The notes under the pieces: generated by a model | The model's database searches: none | Seen by the model: the letters and a program-made list of their open reading frames with translations, nothing else | What the model was told of the DNA's origin: nothing | In this document: positions 18,129-29,432 of the stretch, in pieces | Position numbering within the stretch: the stretch's first letter is position 1 | Layout: every line of letters begins with the position of its first letter | Translations under genes and position numbers: made by a program | IMG/VR virus record: IMGVR_UViG_3300025648_000013 | Strand: one strand, 5' to 3' | Length of the DNA stretch: 64,000 bases | From: a virus

Positions 18129-19199
18129 ATGGATCCAAGAGTGTTTAAACCTAAGTTACCACATGTACTCAAAACTGGCTCAGTTGGTAACAACCCTGGA
18201 TTTCAAAGCAAACCTCGCGTTTCTGAACCTGCGATGGCAGTATCTAAGCAACAGCATTCTATTAAAAAGAAAATCACAGGCACAGATATTCGTTCTGATC
18301 GACCATATGGTGCACAACCAACTAAAGCTGATGCTGTGACAAAACACCTTAAAGACCAGCAACATGCTTTAAAGATACACAAACAAAACTTTGCTAATGC
18401 TGCTCGTGCTAAAACGAATCCAGCTAAACCACATAATCCACAGAATGCTGGAGACAAAAATCCACTTTCGGTGTTTGAAGATGTGAAGCCAAAGAAGTAC
18501 AAGAAAGCACCAAACTACAAAGATAAGCAGATCATGGGGCTTAATGCCACTTTTGGTGGTAACAATCAGAGTCAAGGGGATACAACAGGCGTGACTACAA
18601 ATCCATACGAAAGTGCCCGATACAACATTCCTTTTGATCGTGCTGGCTCAGACGATAAGCCTATTGGTCTAGACAAAGACCTCGAATCAAAAGATACCAC
18701 AAAGCAACTGAAGCGCCGCAAAGCAATGAAGCTTGTGAAAGCGTATGTTGATGAAGAAGGCATTGGCGGTGAAGGCACTTCAGGTGGTTGGGGAGCAGAG
18801 AATGCTGGTGACCCAGGTGCTTCTGCTAGTGGTGGTCAGAACTATACACTAGCAAAGAATGCAAACTCTAAAGGCTACAAGAAAGCCAAGACATTCAAGG
18901 CGATGAAAGAATCGCTTTTTTCTGAAATGGGTTTCGATGGCATCTCTGGTGCAACTGATGCAAGCCCAAATCAAGACGAAATAAATACTGGTACTATCGG
19001 TCAGCCATTGACGATTGACTCAGCTATCAGCAATGAGAAGCGCAAAGCCAAGAAAAAGGCAGTCAAAGAGGAAATCGAAGTATCACTTGGAACCACAGGG
19101 AAACGCAAGAAAGTGTTTTCATCAAAAGTTCCTATTCGTATGGCAGACGGTTCTATTAAATCATTACCACCTGGTAAAAGTGGAAGTTCAGGGCATTAA
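18129..19199 (+). CDS. Hypothetical basic protein, probably virion-internal
   Basis: Low-complexity Lys-rich ORF in the late cluster. Confidence 0.65.
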   Translation: MDPRVFKPKLPHVLKTGSVGNNPGFQSKPRVSEPAMAVSKQQHSIKKKITGTDIRSDRPYGAQPTKADAVTKHLKDQQHALKIHKQNFANAARAKTNPAKPHNPQNAGDKNPLSVFEDVKPKKYKKAPNYKDKQIMGLNATFGGNNQSQGDTTGVTTNPYESARYNIPFDRAGSDDKPIGLDKDLESKDTTKQLKRRKAMKLVKAYVDEEGIGGEGTSGGWGAENAGDPGASASGGQNYTLAKNANSKGYKKAKTFKAMKESLFSEMGFDGISGATDASPNQDEINTGTIGQPLTIDSAISNEKRKAKKKAVKEEIEVSLGTTGKRKKVFSSKVPIRMADGSIKSLPPGKSGSSGH

Positions 19200-19201
19200 T
19201 A

Positions 19202-19924
19202 GTGAATGAGAAAGAGCAAAAACTTCTGAATAATCTATCTAGACTTCTGGGCAATCCAGAAGTTTCAGAAAGTGCATTTAAGCAGATTGAAGAAGCGGCT
19301 GCAAAGAAAGAGAAAGAGCGCAAACTATTAGAACAGTTTGAGAATGCTCTACTTGGTGTTGCTGCTCCAAAGAAGATTGAAGAGAAGTCTGAAGTTATTG
19401 TAGAGACATTTGTTGATAAGCGCAATGAGACTACTCGACAAATAACACAACCTAACTCTGCTGCCACTCCAGTTGAACCACAACCAAAAGTTCCTGAGAC
19501 GATTATTAAATCTGCGCCGCCAGAGATTCCGCCAGCAATGCGGAAAGAGATAGATCAACTCAAAAAGACAGTGCTGAATCTACATCAGTTTGCCTCGCGT
19601 ATCTCTCAAATGGGAGGCGGCGGGGCTGGTTCTGTTGATGAACTAACCTTTCGCGCAATCGGTGTTAATACAAACTATACAGCAAAGAACCATGATTATT
19701 ATATCGGTGTTAACTGTCCTACAACATGTACGATCACATTACCACCATTGAAGAAAAGTGGATATCAGATTGTCGTGAAAGATGAGAGTGGTCAGTGTGC
19801 TATAAATAACATCACAGTGGTTGCATCGAACGGCGACACAATCGACAACGACACTTCTGCAATAATGGGTATTAATAATATGAGTTTGACTTTTATCTAT
19901 CGTAATGGCTGGAGAATTATCTAA
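19202..19924 (+). CDS. Hypothetical structural protein
   Basis: GGGGAG linker and a C-terminal beta domain (TITLP...VKDESG...GWRII). Confidence 0.65.
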   Translation: MNEKEQKLLNNLSRLLGNPEVSESAFKQIEEAAAKKEKERKLLEQFENALLGVAAPKKIEEKSEVIVETFVDKRNETTRQITQPNSAATPVEPQPKVPETIIKSAPPEIPPAMRKEIDQLKKTVLNLHQFASRISQMGGGGAGSVDELTFRAIGVNTNYTAKNHDYYIGVNCPTTCTITLPPLKKSGYQIVVKDESGQCAINNITVVASNGDTIDNDTSAIMGINNMSLTFIYRNGWRII

Positions 19925-21399
19925 TGTCTTTTGTTTTCACTAATAACGTTGCCATAGAAAACAGCAATAGTTCTCCTATTACCAATACAACACCGCTTCC
20001 AGTAGTTGGTAATATTGCTATCTCTGGTGTATCTAACACAAACATCTACAATAGCAATGGCACATCAATTGCCAACACAACACCACTTCCTGTTGGTGTA
20101 CAATCAAACACAACAAACTACGTCTATGTTCAACAAGCTCCAACGTGGTCACAAGATGCATTATCAAAGACTAGAACATCAGCTACACTAAACCAAGAAT
20201 GGTATGTTCCTGTAGTTGATGACGATACGTCATTTAGATGGTCACAAGCACTAAACGGAACAAATGCAAACAGCCAATTCTTAGCAAACACTGCCGAAAT
20301 TCAAATGACTAGTGGTAACACTGCTGCTGGTTATACATATCGTCAGACTTTTTCTAAGTTCAAGATTGTTCCTGGTACATCACACCTAATCTATACTACA
20401 CTAAACTTCACAGCTAACACAACTGAATCGGGTGTTACTAGACGATCTGGTATGTTTGATCCATCAAATGGTATCTATTGGGAACAGGGTGGTGCATCAG
20501 CAAATACTCTTGCCATTGTTGTAAGAAGAACTGTTGCTAATGGTTCTGTCATTGAAGATCGTGTATATGCAAACAGCTTTAATACAGATAAGCTAGATGG
20601 CACTGGTCCTTCTGGTTTTAACATCTTTACAAATGGATTCAACAAATACTATACGTTCTGGTTCGACTTTATTGGTGGTAGAACTGGTCGTATTCGTTTT
20701 GGTATGGGCACACCTATTGGTCCACAAATCTGTCACGTTCAAAGCTATACTGCACCTGGGCTAACAACAAACTTTATCACTGACAACAGCTTACCGCTTC
20801 GTAGAGAAATCTTCAACTCATCTACACAAACGACACCACCCACATTCAACATGTCTGGTATTTCGTTTCAAGCAGAATCACCGTCATCGTTTAATCCATC
20901 ACCTACTACTGCATATAATACGAATGGATACATTTCAGGCACAACACTAACACCAATCATGTCTATTGGGTTACGAGCTGGTGTACCGTATCAAAGCGCA
21001 GATATTACTCCTGGTGAGTTTAATCTTGTTGATATTAACAACCAAGGCAAAAACTCTACTGCCGCAACGTTCTTATATACAGTCGTATATAATGCCAATG
21101 TAAACGGAACATATGCATTTAATGGCAATAGTGCGGTATCTAATTCAAATACAGGCAGAGCAAGTCAGTATTGGACCTGGAGCAACACAGCAACAATAAC
21201 TGGTGGATTGACTGTACTTTCTGGCATCACACAATCAGGTGCAATATCGGCAGCATTTGATGGTCTACCTGGAACGTTTAACTTGGGCGCAGATATCAAT
21301 CAAAACCCTGCAACACTGACCTTGTGTGTGAGACAGTTGGCGGCTGGTGGCGGTACGTCAAACGTTGTGTCATCTTGGAACTTTATCGAGCAACTATAA
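19924..21399 (+). CDS. Virion structural protein (Asn/Thr-rich, beta-rich)
   Basis: Composition and late-cluster context. Confidence 0.65.
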   Translation: MSFVFTNNVAIENSNSSPITNTTPLPVVGNIAISGVSNTNIYNSNGTSIANTTPLPVGVQSNTTNYVYVQQAPTWSQDALSKTRTSATLNQEWYVPVVDDDTSFRWSQALNGTNANSQFLANTAEIQMTSGNTAAGYTYRQTFSKFKIVPGTSHLIYTTLNFTANTTESGVTRRSGMFDPSNGIYWEQGGASANTLAIVVRRTVANGSVIEDRVYANSFNTDKLDGTGPSGFNIFTNGFNKYYTFWFDFIGGRTGRIRFGMGTPIGPQICHVQSYTAPGLTTNFITDNSLPLRREIFNSSTQTTPPTFNMSGISFQAESPSSFNPSPTTAYNTNGYISGTTLTPIMSIGLRAGVPYQSADITPGEFNLVDINNQGKNSTAATFLYTVVYNANVNGTYAFNGNSAVSNSNTGRASQYWTWSNTATITGGLTVLSGITQSGAISAAFDGLPGTFNLGADINQNPATLTLCVRQLAAGGGTSNVVSSWNFIEQL

Positions 21400-22277
21400 T
21401 GAAAAACTTTGGCACATTCACAGAACAAAAGATCAAACTGATTCAAGAGAAGTTGAAGTATGGTATTGGCGATCTTGATCCTGTTCTAAGCAAAGACACA
21501 ATGGATTATCACTATCACGGGCTGGCTGCCAAATATGTTGAAAGGTATAATAAGAATGAAGGTGATAAAGACTTTAACTTTGGTGGCGCTATTCTGCATA
21601 ACTTGTATTTCGCTCAGTTCTGCGAATCAGGATCTTCTGAGTTTGGAGGCACAGCAAAAGAAAAGATTGGCGGAATACAGAGCCTATATGAAAAGATAGA
21701 AGAAGTCGCAAAGGGCATTCAAGGATCTGGATGGATCTATCTTGATGATAAGTGTGATATTCATGTTATTCCAAATCACGAATATCATTCAGGAATGAAA
21801 ATAGTTCTTTTGATTGATTGGTGGGAACACGCTTGGGCGCTTGACTATAAAGCAGACAAGATGGAGTATCTGAAGAACATCTTCAAGATCATTGACTGGT
21901 CGGTAATCTCTGGTCGATTTGTTTCAATGCTAAAAGAAGAAAGCGAAGTTGCTTCTATTCCTGCTGGTCCACAAGGGCAGATGCAGGATGTATTGAAGAA
22001 TCCATCTCTAATGCACAACGACAAGAATCAAGCATATGCCGCTGCTGAAAAGATGGCATCAGAACAAACCAACATAGATGATCGCGCATACATTCTTTCA
22101 TACAGAGACTACCAGCGCGCTCATGTCAAGCAATTTGTTGTCATATATAATAAGACATTACTCTCACAGGCTCCAGACTGGAAAGAACGTGGGTACACGA
22201 TTATTGGCTGGGTTTCAAGAAAAGACGGCAAAGTAATCAAAACACCAGATGGCAGATACGTAAAGGAACAACAATGA
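21399..22277 (+). CDS. Fe/Mn superoxide dismutase with capsid-targeting-like N-terminus and extra C-terminal region
   Basis: TMDYH, NFGGAILHNLYF, QGSGW, DWWEHAW metal-ligand motifs; starts MKNFGTFTEQ. Confidence 0.85.
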   Translation: MKNFGTFTEQKIKLIQEKLKYGIGDLDPVLSKDTMDYHYHGLAAKYVERYNKNEGDKDFNFGGAILHNLYFAQFCESGSSEFGGTAKEKIGGIQSLYEKIEEVAKGIQGSGWIYLDDKCDIHVIPNHEYHSGMKIVLLIDWWEHAWALDYKADKMEYLKNIFKIIDWSVISGRFVSMLKEESEVASIPAGPQGQMQDVLKNPSLMHNDKNQAYAAAEKMASEQTNIDDRAYILSYRDYQRAHVKQFVVIYNKTLLSQAPDWKERGYTIIGWVSRKDGKVIKTPDGRYVKEQQ

Positions 22278-22735
22278 GCGATCTTGGCGATGCACTTAGG
22301 GTAGCACTAGCAGACACATTTGCTTTTTATTTGAAGATTCATGGGTATCATTGGAATGTAACTGGCGAAGACTTCTATGAGTTTCATAAGTTTTTCAATA
22401 AACTATATGATGAAGTGTGGGAAGCAGTTGATGCTATAGCAGAACACATTAGAGCAATTGATGAATATGCTCCAGGATCACTCAGTCGTTTCTCAGAACT
22501 GACAAATATTGAAGATGCTGTAACTATTCCATTGAAAACAGGAAATGTTTCTACTGCTGTGCAAATGGCATCACAACTTTTACATGACAATGAAATCGTT
22601 ATTCAATCGCTTACTCGTGCATATCATGAAGCAGAAGCAGAAAAAGAACTTGGTGTCAGCAACTTTCTACAAGATCGCATTGACATTCACCACAAACACG
22701 GTTGGCAACTTCGTTCTACGGTAAAAAACAGATGA
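22274..22735 (+). CDS. dps: Dps / ferritin-like DNA-protection protein
   Basis: HGYHWNVTG..F..H, DAIAEHIRAI, HHKHGWQLRS. Confidence 0.9.
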   Translation: MSDLGDALRVALADTFAFYLKIHGYHWNVTGEDFYEFHKFFNKLYDEVWEAVDAIAEHIRAIDEYAPGSLSRFSELTNIEDAVTIPLKTGNVSTAVQMASQLLHDNEIVIQSLTRAYHEAEAEKELGVSNFLQDRIDIHHKHGWQLRSTVKNR

Positions 22736-23391
22736 AAGATAGAATACCATACACATATAGAGTAACACATATTACTTCTGGCAAACAATATTATGGTTGC
22801 AGATTTGCAAAAGGTTGTCATCCTGACGATTTGGGTAAAGAATATTTTACTTCTTCTAAAGTGATAAAGGATATCATAGATAAAGAAGGAAAAGATGTTT
22901 TGATATTTGAAGTAAGAAAGACCTTTGATTGTGTAGTAAAGTGTCAAAAGTATGAAAATGAAGTTTTAAAAAGATTGAAAGTTACTCAAAACGAAAAGTG
23001 GTTAAATCGTTACTATGGTCACATATACAAAACTGAAGATCAGTCTTTGGGTGGCTTAAACCTTAAAGAAAGACGAAAATCTGATAAGTTATTTGATGAA
23101 AACGTTCGTAACAATATTTCTAAATCAATAAAGATCGCCAATGAAGAAGGAAAGTGTGGCTTTTCATTAGGACATGCAAATATCGCGGGTAGTATAGGCG
23201 GAAAAAGCAAAAGCGCAGAAAAACTAAAATCATGTGAAGCCAACGTCAAGAAAGCACAACAAAGTATAATGGGTTCTGTGTGGATATTTAATCCCACTAT
23301 ATCAAAAAGAAAACGAATAAGAAAAGAAGATTTAGAACAATATCTTCAGATCGGTTGGATCGACAAGATGGGTTCCACAAAGAATCGATAA
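22732..23391 (+). mobile_element. GIY-YIG-like (Seg-type) homing endonuclease
   Basis: PYTY...QYYG.R...YFTSS...E..L...WLN; AT-rich; ATGA overlap with the dps stop. Confidence 0.7.
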
Positions 23392-23434
23392 TCAGTTTTT
23401 ATAAATACAGAAAAGAATCCTGTAGGAGCGCCCG

Positions 23435-25144
23435 ATGCCAATCAATAAAGATACACCAACATCTGAAATCATTCATGACTTTGTGAAATCAAAGAATCCA
23501 AAGTTCGCGGGCAAGAGTAAGGCCGAGCGAGTGAAGCAGGCTGTTGCTGCATCTTATAAGGTTCATGGTGAAGAAGTTGAAGAATCAAACAACACACCAT
23601 ATGTAAGAAAGAGCAAGACAAATCCAAATGCTTGGGATGCAATGAACAAGCACGGTAAGGTAAAGACGTTTGGTGCAGAGTTTAAAGATTCTGCTATGCG
23701 TCATGCCGGTCTCACTAATGAAGAAGTTGAACATATTGATGAGATATTCAGCGATGGACCTGAAAAATTTACAGATGATCATCCAGCACAAAAAGAGTTC
23801 TACAGCAGACTTAAAAGTGAAGCACATCCTTTTTTGAATACAAGTTTTAGAAAGTATGCCGACAAAAGAGATTCTATTAAAAATGAAGTCGCAAAAAAAC
23901 ACAATGTTGATCCAAAAAGCTTTTCAGATTTTTCATCCGATGATATTTCAAATTTGACTGGCAGAAAATCTACGAAAGAAGAAACCGAACTAGAAGAAGC
24001 ACGAGGTCGCCCAAAGAAGGATCTTGGATACACAATCAATCCTAATAATAAAGAAAAACTCTATCATGATAATCCCGAGCATATGGATCGCATTCGCAGG
24101 CTTCGCAAGAATGGTGTATTGCCGCCAGAACAACACGCGCCATCAGAACACATCATCAACATACTAAGGCAAGCTTCTACCAATCAGACTGGTGGTCAAG
24201 ACATCAAGTATGAGAATGGTAAGACACATCACGTATCAGGCTCTATGGCATCAAAGACATTAGATCACTATAATAGTCTACCAAAGCCTGCGGATAAAGA
24301 AGCATTTCAAGCCAAGATTCGTAAATCACATGAAGAACACAAATCATCCTTAGGGGAAGAAGTAATGTCAGAAGAAACAAAAGCGCCACTTTGGGGTGTA
24401 AGTTCATCAAACAAGTTCCGTAATCTGGAAGAAATGGATAAATCTCCAGAAACCAAGTTTGATCGTGCAGGACAAGATCGTGCTAAAGATAAAACAGCAA
24501 CTCCAATCGGTGCAAAGAAGTTTGTCAAAGATGCCGAATCTGCAATGAATAAGTCTTTCAGTAAAGAAGAAGCCGAACTAGAAGAAAAGAAGCTAATCGG
24601 CAAGCAGAAGAAGCTTGATAAAAACGACAATGGTCATCTAGACGCTGAAGACTTCAAGATGCTTCGTAAAGAAGAGTTGATGTCTCTGTTCGCAGATGCA
24701 CTTGAAGAAGGTATCTTTGACGAGTCAGATATTGATCGTCGAGTTGAGAAGGAACTAGAAAATCTGGAAGTCCAGATTTTAAATCTGGAAGAGTTGTCAA
24801 AAGGAACTCTAGGTTCTTATGTTAAGAAAGCAACCGTTGACGTTCATAATAATGCATATAATGCTGGCAAAAAAGAAGGAAGCGGTAAGCGATTTGATCA
24901 AGAGAAACTTATGAATGGATTTGGTCGACAAATCGGTATTCAAAAGGCAGTAACTAAACTTGCCAAAGAAGAAACCATCAGCGAATCAAATGAACAAAAG
25001 GTAACACCTTATACTGCTGCTTCGCGCTATCATGCTGTCGAATCTGCTGTTCGTGATATCATGTCACAAAATCAGAATCTAAAGAAGATCGCTGAAGAAG
25101 AAACATTTCGTAGAAACAATCCAGGTCTATTCAAGGATAAATAA
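23435..25144 (+). CDS. Large charged late protein, probable processed internal head protein, with an EF-hand-like motif
   Basis: Late promoter at 23400; modules separated by (L/V)EE motifs; LDKNDNGHLDAEDF. Confidence 0.65.
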   Translation: MPINKDTPTSEIIHDFVKSKNPKFAGKSKAERVKQAVAASYKVHGEEVEESNNTPYVRKSKTNPNAWDAMNKHGKVKTFGAEFKDSAMRHAGLTNEEVEHIDEIFSDGPEKFTDDHPAQKEFYSRLKSEAHPFLNTSFRKYADKRDSIKNEVAKKHNVDPKSFSDFSSDDISNLTGRKSTKEETELEEARGRPKKDLGYTINPNNKEKLYHDNPEHMDRIRRLRKNGVLPPEQHAPSEHIINILRQASTNQTGGQDIKYENGKTHHVSGSMASKTLDHYNSLPKPADKEAFQAKIRKSHEEHKSSLGEEVMSEETKAPLWGVSSSNKFRNLEEMDKSPETKFDRAGQDRAKDKTATPIGAKKFVKDAESAMNKSFSKEEAELEEKKLIGKQKKLDKNDNGHLDAEDFKMLRKEELMSLFADALEEGIFDESDIDRRVEKELENLEVQILNLEELSKGTLGSYVKKATVDVHNNAYNAGKKEGSGKRFDQEKLMNGFGRQIGIQKAVTKLAKEETISESNEQKVTPYTAASRYHAVESAVRDIMSQNQNLKKIAEEETFRRNNPGLFKDK

Positions 25145-25345
25145 GTGCCTATTATAGCACATAATATCATTATCACGAATAAGCAGGAAGCCGTACCTCA
25201 GATCAAACACCAAGAAGAGGTGCATCTGAAAGTATCGGCTCCTCCTGTTGTGAAAGTAACGGCTAATGTTGCTGTGGTGCAAATCCCAGACTTTGTTGAG
25301 AAGCCATCTGACTACGTTTCAAGCATGTTTCATTTGCATAAATAG
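25145..25345 (+). CDS. Small hypothetical protein
   Basis: AAGGA RBS, GTG start. Confidence 0.5.
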   Translation: MPIIAHNIIITNKQEAVPQIKHQEEVHLKVSAPPVVKVTANVAVVQIPDFVEKPSDYVSSMFHLHK

Positions 25346-25382
25346 ATAAATAATCACAAAAGAACTCGCAAGGAGAATACGA

Positions 25383-27425
25383 ATGGCTTTATGGAAATCA
25401 ACAGATCAAGCAAACTCTGCACCAAAGTTTTATGGCATTACTGCAAAAGATAAAGCTTATGCACAGCAAGCTAACGTCACTACAACTGGAACATTTACTC
25501 AAGGTAGTAATGTCATCTCTTCAATGGCATCAACTGTAGGTGTTACAGTCAATCAGCTAGTCATTTCAAACACTGTGCTGGCTAACCTATCATCTGGTGC
25601 TATCGTTACAGGTATCATCAACTCAACCGCAGTTCAAATGTCACAGACATTTTCAGGTACAACTGCTGCTAGTGCAAATATTACTTTTGATTATAACCAC
25701 GTAACTGGTTATAACCTATACAACAACACTACACCAAATGCATTCCAGAACAACCAAGCTCTTGGCGTATTCAATATGTTGAATATTCCAAACTATGTTA
25801 CTGTAACTGCAAACACCATTGCTGGCAATAACATTCTAACCAATCCAACACCAGCATTTGCAAACACACAGACGGGTGCCCTTTCACAGGGTAACGCGAT
25901 TATGACTGGTCTAACATCGACCGCAAACATTGCTCCTGGTATGGCAATCTATGGTACTGCTGCTAATACAACTGGCGGTTCACCAGTTTGGTCAAACACT
26001 GGCTCATATGCTGCTGTTGCTAACGTGATCAACTCAACCGCTGTTCTATTGAACACCACATCACCACTAACAAACGCATCATCAACTTTCTTCTTCTCAA
26101 AGATTGCACCAGGTATGGTCGCTTCTGGTAATAACCTACCAGTACTACCAACACTTTATGGTACAACTTCAACAAACACCGCAACAATCACTGGCACCAT
26201 TTCAAATGGTACAATCGGTTCAAATGGTAACATTCTAAACGTTACATCATTTACTGGTCCAGTACTTGCTGTTGGTCAAGAACTACTTGCTAACGCAACT
26301 CTCGGTATCGCAAACGGCACTTATGTTGTTTCATCAACTGCCACAAACGGTATCGGTAACTATGTACTAAGCGGCAACTCAATCTCAAACGGCGCTTCTG
26401 GTGCTACTGTTACAATGTCAACTGTTCTTCCTAAGGTTGTTGCAGTCAACGCTACTACAGTTACACTATCATCAAACGCTTATGCGACTGGTTCTTCTAC
26501 TGGCAACACTGTAAACTTCTCAACATATGAACAAACAGTATTTGGCCACAGCCAACATGCTGGTTGGACAGAAGTTCGTTACGGTTCAGGTCCAGTTGCT
26601 ACATTCACTGTTAACTCAACTTCAACTTCAGGTTATGCTAACGGAGAAACAGTCATCGTATCTGGTGGTTCTGCTAATGCTCTCGGCATTATCACAACTA
26701 ACGCTGGTGCTGCTGGTTCAGGCGCTAACATCGCTTCTGTTGCACTTGCTTATCCAGGTGCTGGTTTCACCAACACTTCAGTTGCTTCACTAACCTATCA
26801 GCATCAGCTACACGTTGCTAACGTTACAGCAACTGGTACGCCTTCAGGCTATGTTGTTGGCGACAAAGTTACTGTCACTGCTACTTTTGCTCTCGCATCA
26901 TTCACTGGTGTTATTGCTAATGGTATCCTAACTGCATCATCAGTAACAGGTACGATCACAGTCGGCAATATCATCACTGGTACAGGCGTTGCTACAGGTA
27001 CACAGATCCTTGCACAGCTATCAGGTACTGCTGGTGGTGCTGGAACATATGTCGTAACCAACAGCGTCAACGTTGCTAGTGCTTCTATGGCATCATCTGG
27101 TCAGATTGTTGCTGCTACTGCAAACCTAACATCAACTTCAGTTGCAAACTCAAACATCACGATCACAAACCCAGGATTGTTCACAAACGGTCTAACAACT
27201 GCTAACCTAGTATTCACTTACTCAAATTCGAGCGGTGGTACAGGTACAGGTACAGGCATTACGTTTGCTGGTTCATTTGGTGCAGCATCTTCAGGTGCAC
27301 CAGTCAACGTGACACTTGGTGGTCGTTCTGGTCGTACATACGTTGAAACACTAGTTGCTCTAACTGGCACTTCACCTTATGTAACTGAAAACGCTGCTGA
27401 TAATGGTACATTCCCTAACTCATAA
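25383..27425 (+). CDS. Virion structural / fibre protein
   Basis: MALW N-terminus, HAGW, GGRSGR...ETLVA; Thr/Asn/Gly-rich. Confidence 0.75.
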   Translation: MALWKSTDQANSAPKFYGITAKDKAYAQQANVTTTGTFTQGSNVISSMASTVGVTVNQLVISNTVLANLSSGAIVTGIINSTAVQMSQTFSGTTAASANITFDYNHVTGYNLYNNTTPNAFQNNQALGVFNMLNIPNYVTVTANTIAGNNILTNPTPAFANTQTGALSQGNAIMTGLTSTANIAPGMAIYGTAANTTGGSPVWSNTGSYAAVANVINSTAVLLNTTSPLTNASSTFFFSKIAPGMVASGNNLPVLPTLYGTTSTNTATITGTISNGTIGSNGNILNVTSFTGPVLAVGQELLANATLGIANGTYVVSSTATNGIGNYVLSGNSISNGASGATVTMSTVLPKVVAVNATTVTLSSNAYATGSSTGNTVNFSTYEQTVFGHSQHAGWTEVRYGSGPVATFTVNSTSTSGYANGETVIVSGGSANALGIITTNAGAAGSGANIASVALAYPGAGFTNTSVASLTYQHQLHVANVTATGTPSGYVVGDKVTVTATFALASFTGVIANGILTASSVTGTITVGNIITGTGVATGTQILAQLSGTAGGAGTYVVTNSVNVASASMASSGQIVAATANLTSTSVANSNITITNPGLFTNGLTTANLVFTYSNSSGGTGTGTGITFAGSFGAASSGAPVNVTLGGRSGRTYVETLVALTGTSPYVTENAADNGTFPNS

Positions 27426-27461
27426 GTAATAGTATAACAACAACACACTAGGGGTTTGAAT

Positions 27462-29027
27462 ATGTCAAATGGTCCGATTAAGATTACACAACTACCTGTT
27501 GCAACGACAACAAATCCTACACAGGACTTGATGATCATTGTGCAGAATACTGCCGGTACCAATACGACATATTCTATTACTCCTAGTGTGTTGTTAGCAC
27601 AAACTGCTTATTATACTGCAAACAACGCAAACTATCTAGGTGGAGTTGCTGCTGCTTCTTATCAGCTAAACTCCACCCTTGCTGCAAACATCGCATCATA
27701 TCTTCCAACATATGCTGGCGTAGTCAATGCATCCACTTATACTGTTGGTTCTTTCTTCTTAGCAAACTCAACCGCAACTTACATTGGCAACACTTCTGCA
27801 AACGTACAGATCAGTGGGCTAAACGTTGCTGGTACACCATCCGCACTTGCTGGTTTTGGTAGTTCTAATAGTTCTGTTGATATCGTCATCACCAATGCCA
27901 ACAATGGCGTCAATGCATCATCCGACTTTGCTGCTTATGATAATAACGGTCTAGTTGGAAACAACTTCATTGATATGGGTATCAGTAGTTCCACATTCAG
28001 CGAATCATTCTGGACTATCAATGGACCATCAGATGGTTATCTCTATACTGGCAACACCAATCTTTCAATTGGTGTTGCTGCTTTGGGTGGCGGCACAACA
28101 AATTACATCAACTTCTTTGCCAATGGCACCCTCATCACAAATGAAGTGATGAAAATCACAGCAACCAAAGTAAACATCGGCAACCAAGCTGCTGGTGCAG
28201 TATCGCTTACTGTTGGTAACGGTTCAGTCAATGCTGTAATCAACTCAACGACTGTTGTTACTTCTATTGTCAATGCAACTACAAACGTTTCTACCGTAAC
28301 CGTCTATGCCTCAAATGCGGCAGTATATGCTAGTGCGAATGTTGTAATCAACTCTTCTGGTGTAGCTGTTGCAAATGCTACTGGATCTCTTCTTGTTTCA
28401 ACTATTGGAACAACTCAAGGTTTCTCTGCAAACGCAGCACTAGTTACATTAGGTAACAATACAGTAAACACACAGATCAATGCCACTCACTTCTTTACTG
28501 GTAACTCAACTAACTACGGCTTTGGCAACTCAACATATGAAGCTTTAGTTACTGCGGCTGGTGGGGTAAACACCAGTGTCTATCTGATCAACTCATCTTC
28601 TGCCAATGTTGGTAATAGCACAGTTTATGGATTCGGGAACTCAACTGTTGAAGGATTGTATAATACAGTAGCAAACACTAGCGGTGTATTGACAGCATCA
28701 AACTTGTCTATCGGCAACTCAACATCAAACGTTACAATCAACTCAACTGTAGTTGCTATTGGATCCGCGACATCGGCCGCGAATGGTGCTAGTTATCTTC
28801 CAAATGGGCTAAAGCTAAATTGGGGTTGGGTATCAGCCAGTTCTTCTGCCGGCGCCGTTACTTTTACATCACCTTACACCACAAACGCATGGGTTGTTAT
28901 TGCAACAAGCAACACCGCAGTCGCTACATATGGTGCCGCTGTTACCGCGTGGACAAAGACAGGTGCAACAATCTTAACAGCAAACGCCGCGGCAACTAAT
29001 GTGTTCTGGCAAGCAATCGGAACATAA
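27462..29027 (+). CDS. Tail-fibre-like protein
   Basis: IKITQLP start; C-terminal LPNGLKLNWG...VTF...WQAIG fibre-tip domain. Confidence 0.75.
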   Translation: MSNGPIKITQLPVATTTNPTQDLMIIVQNTAGTNTTYSITPSVLLAQTAYYTANNANYLGGVAAASYQLNSTLAANIASYLPTYAGVVNASTYTVGSFFLANSTATYIGNTSANVQISGLNVAGTPSALAGFGSSNSSVDIVITNANNGVNASSDFAAYDNNGLVGNNFIDMGISSSTFSESFWTINGPSDGYLYTGNTNLSIGVAALGGGTTNYINFFANGTLITNEVMKITATKVNIGNQAAGAVSLTVGNGSVNAVINSTTVVTSIVNATTNVSTVTVYASNAAVYASANVVINSSGVAVANATGSLLVSTIGTTQGFSANAALVTLGNNTVNTQINATHFFTGNSTNYGFGNSTYEALVTAAGGVNTSVYLINSSSANVGNSTVYGFGNSTVEGLYNTVANTSGVLTASNLSIGNSTSNVTINSTVVAIGSATSAANGASYLPNGLKLNWGWVSASSSAGAVTFTSPYTTNAWVVIATSNTAVATYGAAVTAWTKTGATILTANAAATNVFWQAIGT

Positions 29028-29039
29028 TGATATTCCATA

Positions 29040-29432
29040 ATGCATGAAAAACTTGATGAAACAAACTTTTTATTATATTCAGCTAAACATTATGAAAATG
29101 CACAATGTTATGACACTGTGGAGTTTTATGATGACTTGAAGAGATTCAAGTATCTGAAAAGACTATTCAACATCTATTCTGAAAATGGTGATTTGAGGGA
29201 GAGGCTGATACTAAATCATATTATCGTCATTTATAATGTGTTTGGTTTAGTACCAGCCACTCGTATGTTGTTCTTCAAGTTATATGAATACAAAGAAATG
29301 TTGAAGCCCTTCCTTGAACTTCTAAACTATATGCCAGATCATGTTTTAAATATTGGGCTCCAAGGTATAAACATTAAAAACACAGACATTGAGTCTGATA
29401 TATACATCAAGAAGAGGCTAGAGTCAATATGA
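29040..29432 (+). CDS. Conserved T4-like hypothetical protein
   Basis: EFYDDLKRFKYLKRL...ERLILNHII..YNVFG. Confidence 0.8.
   Translation: MHEKLDETNFLLYSAKHYENAQCYDTVEFYDDLKRFKYLKRLFNIYSENGDLRERLILNHIIVIYNVFGLVPATRMLFFKLYEYKEMLKPFLELLNYMPDHVLNIGLQGINIKNTDIESDIYIKKRLESI

Noticed and set aside
25383-29027. Diversity-generating retroelement or repeat array in fibre genes
   Set aside because: No reverse transcriptase and no TR/VR pair seen; the repetitiveness is amino-acid composition only.
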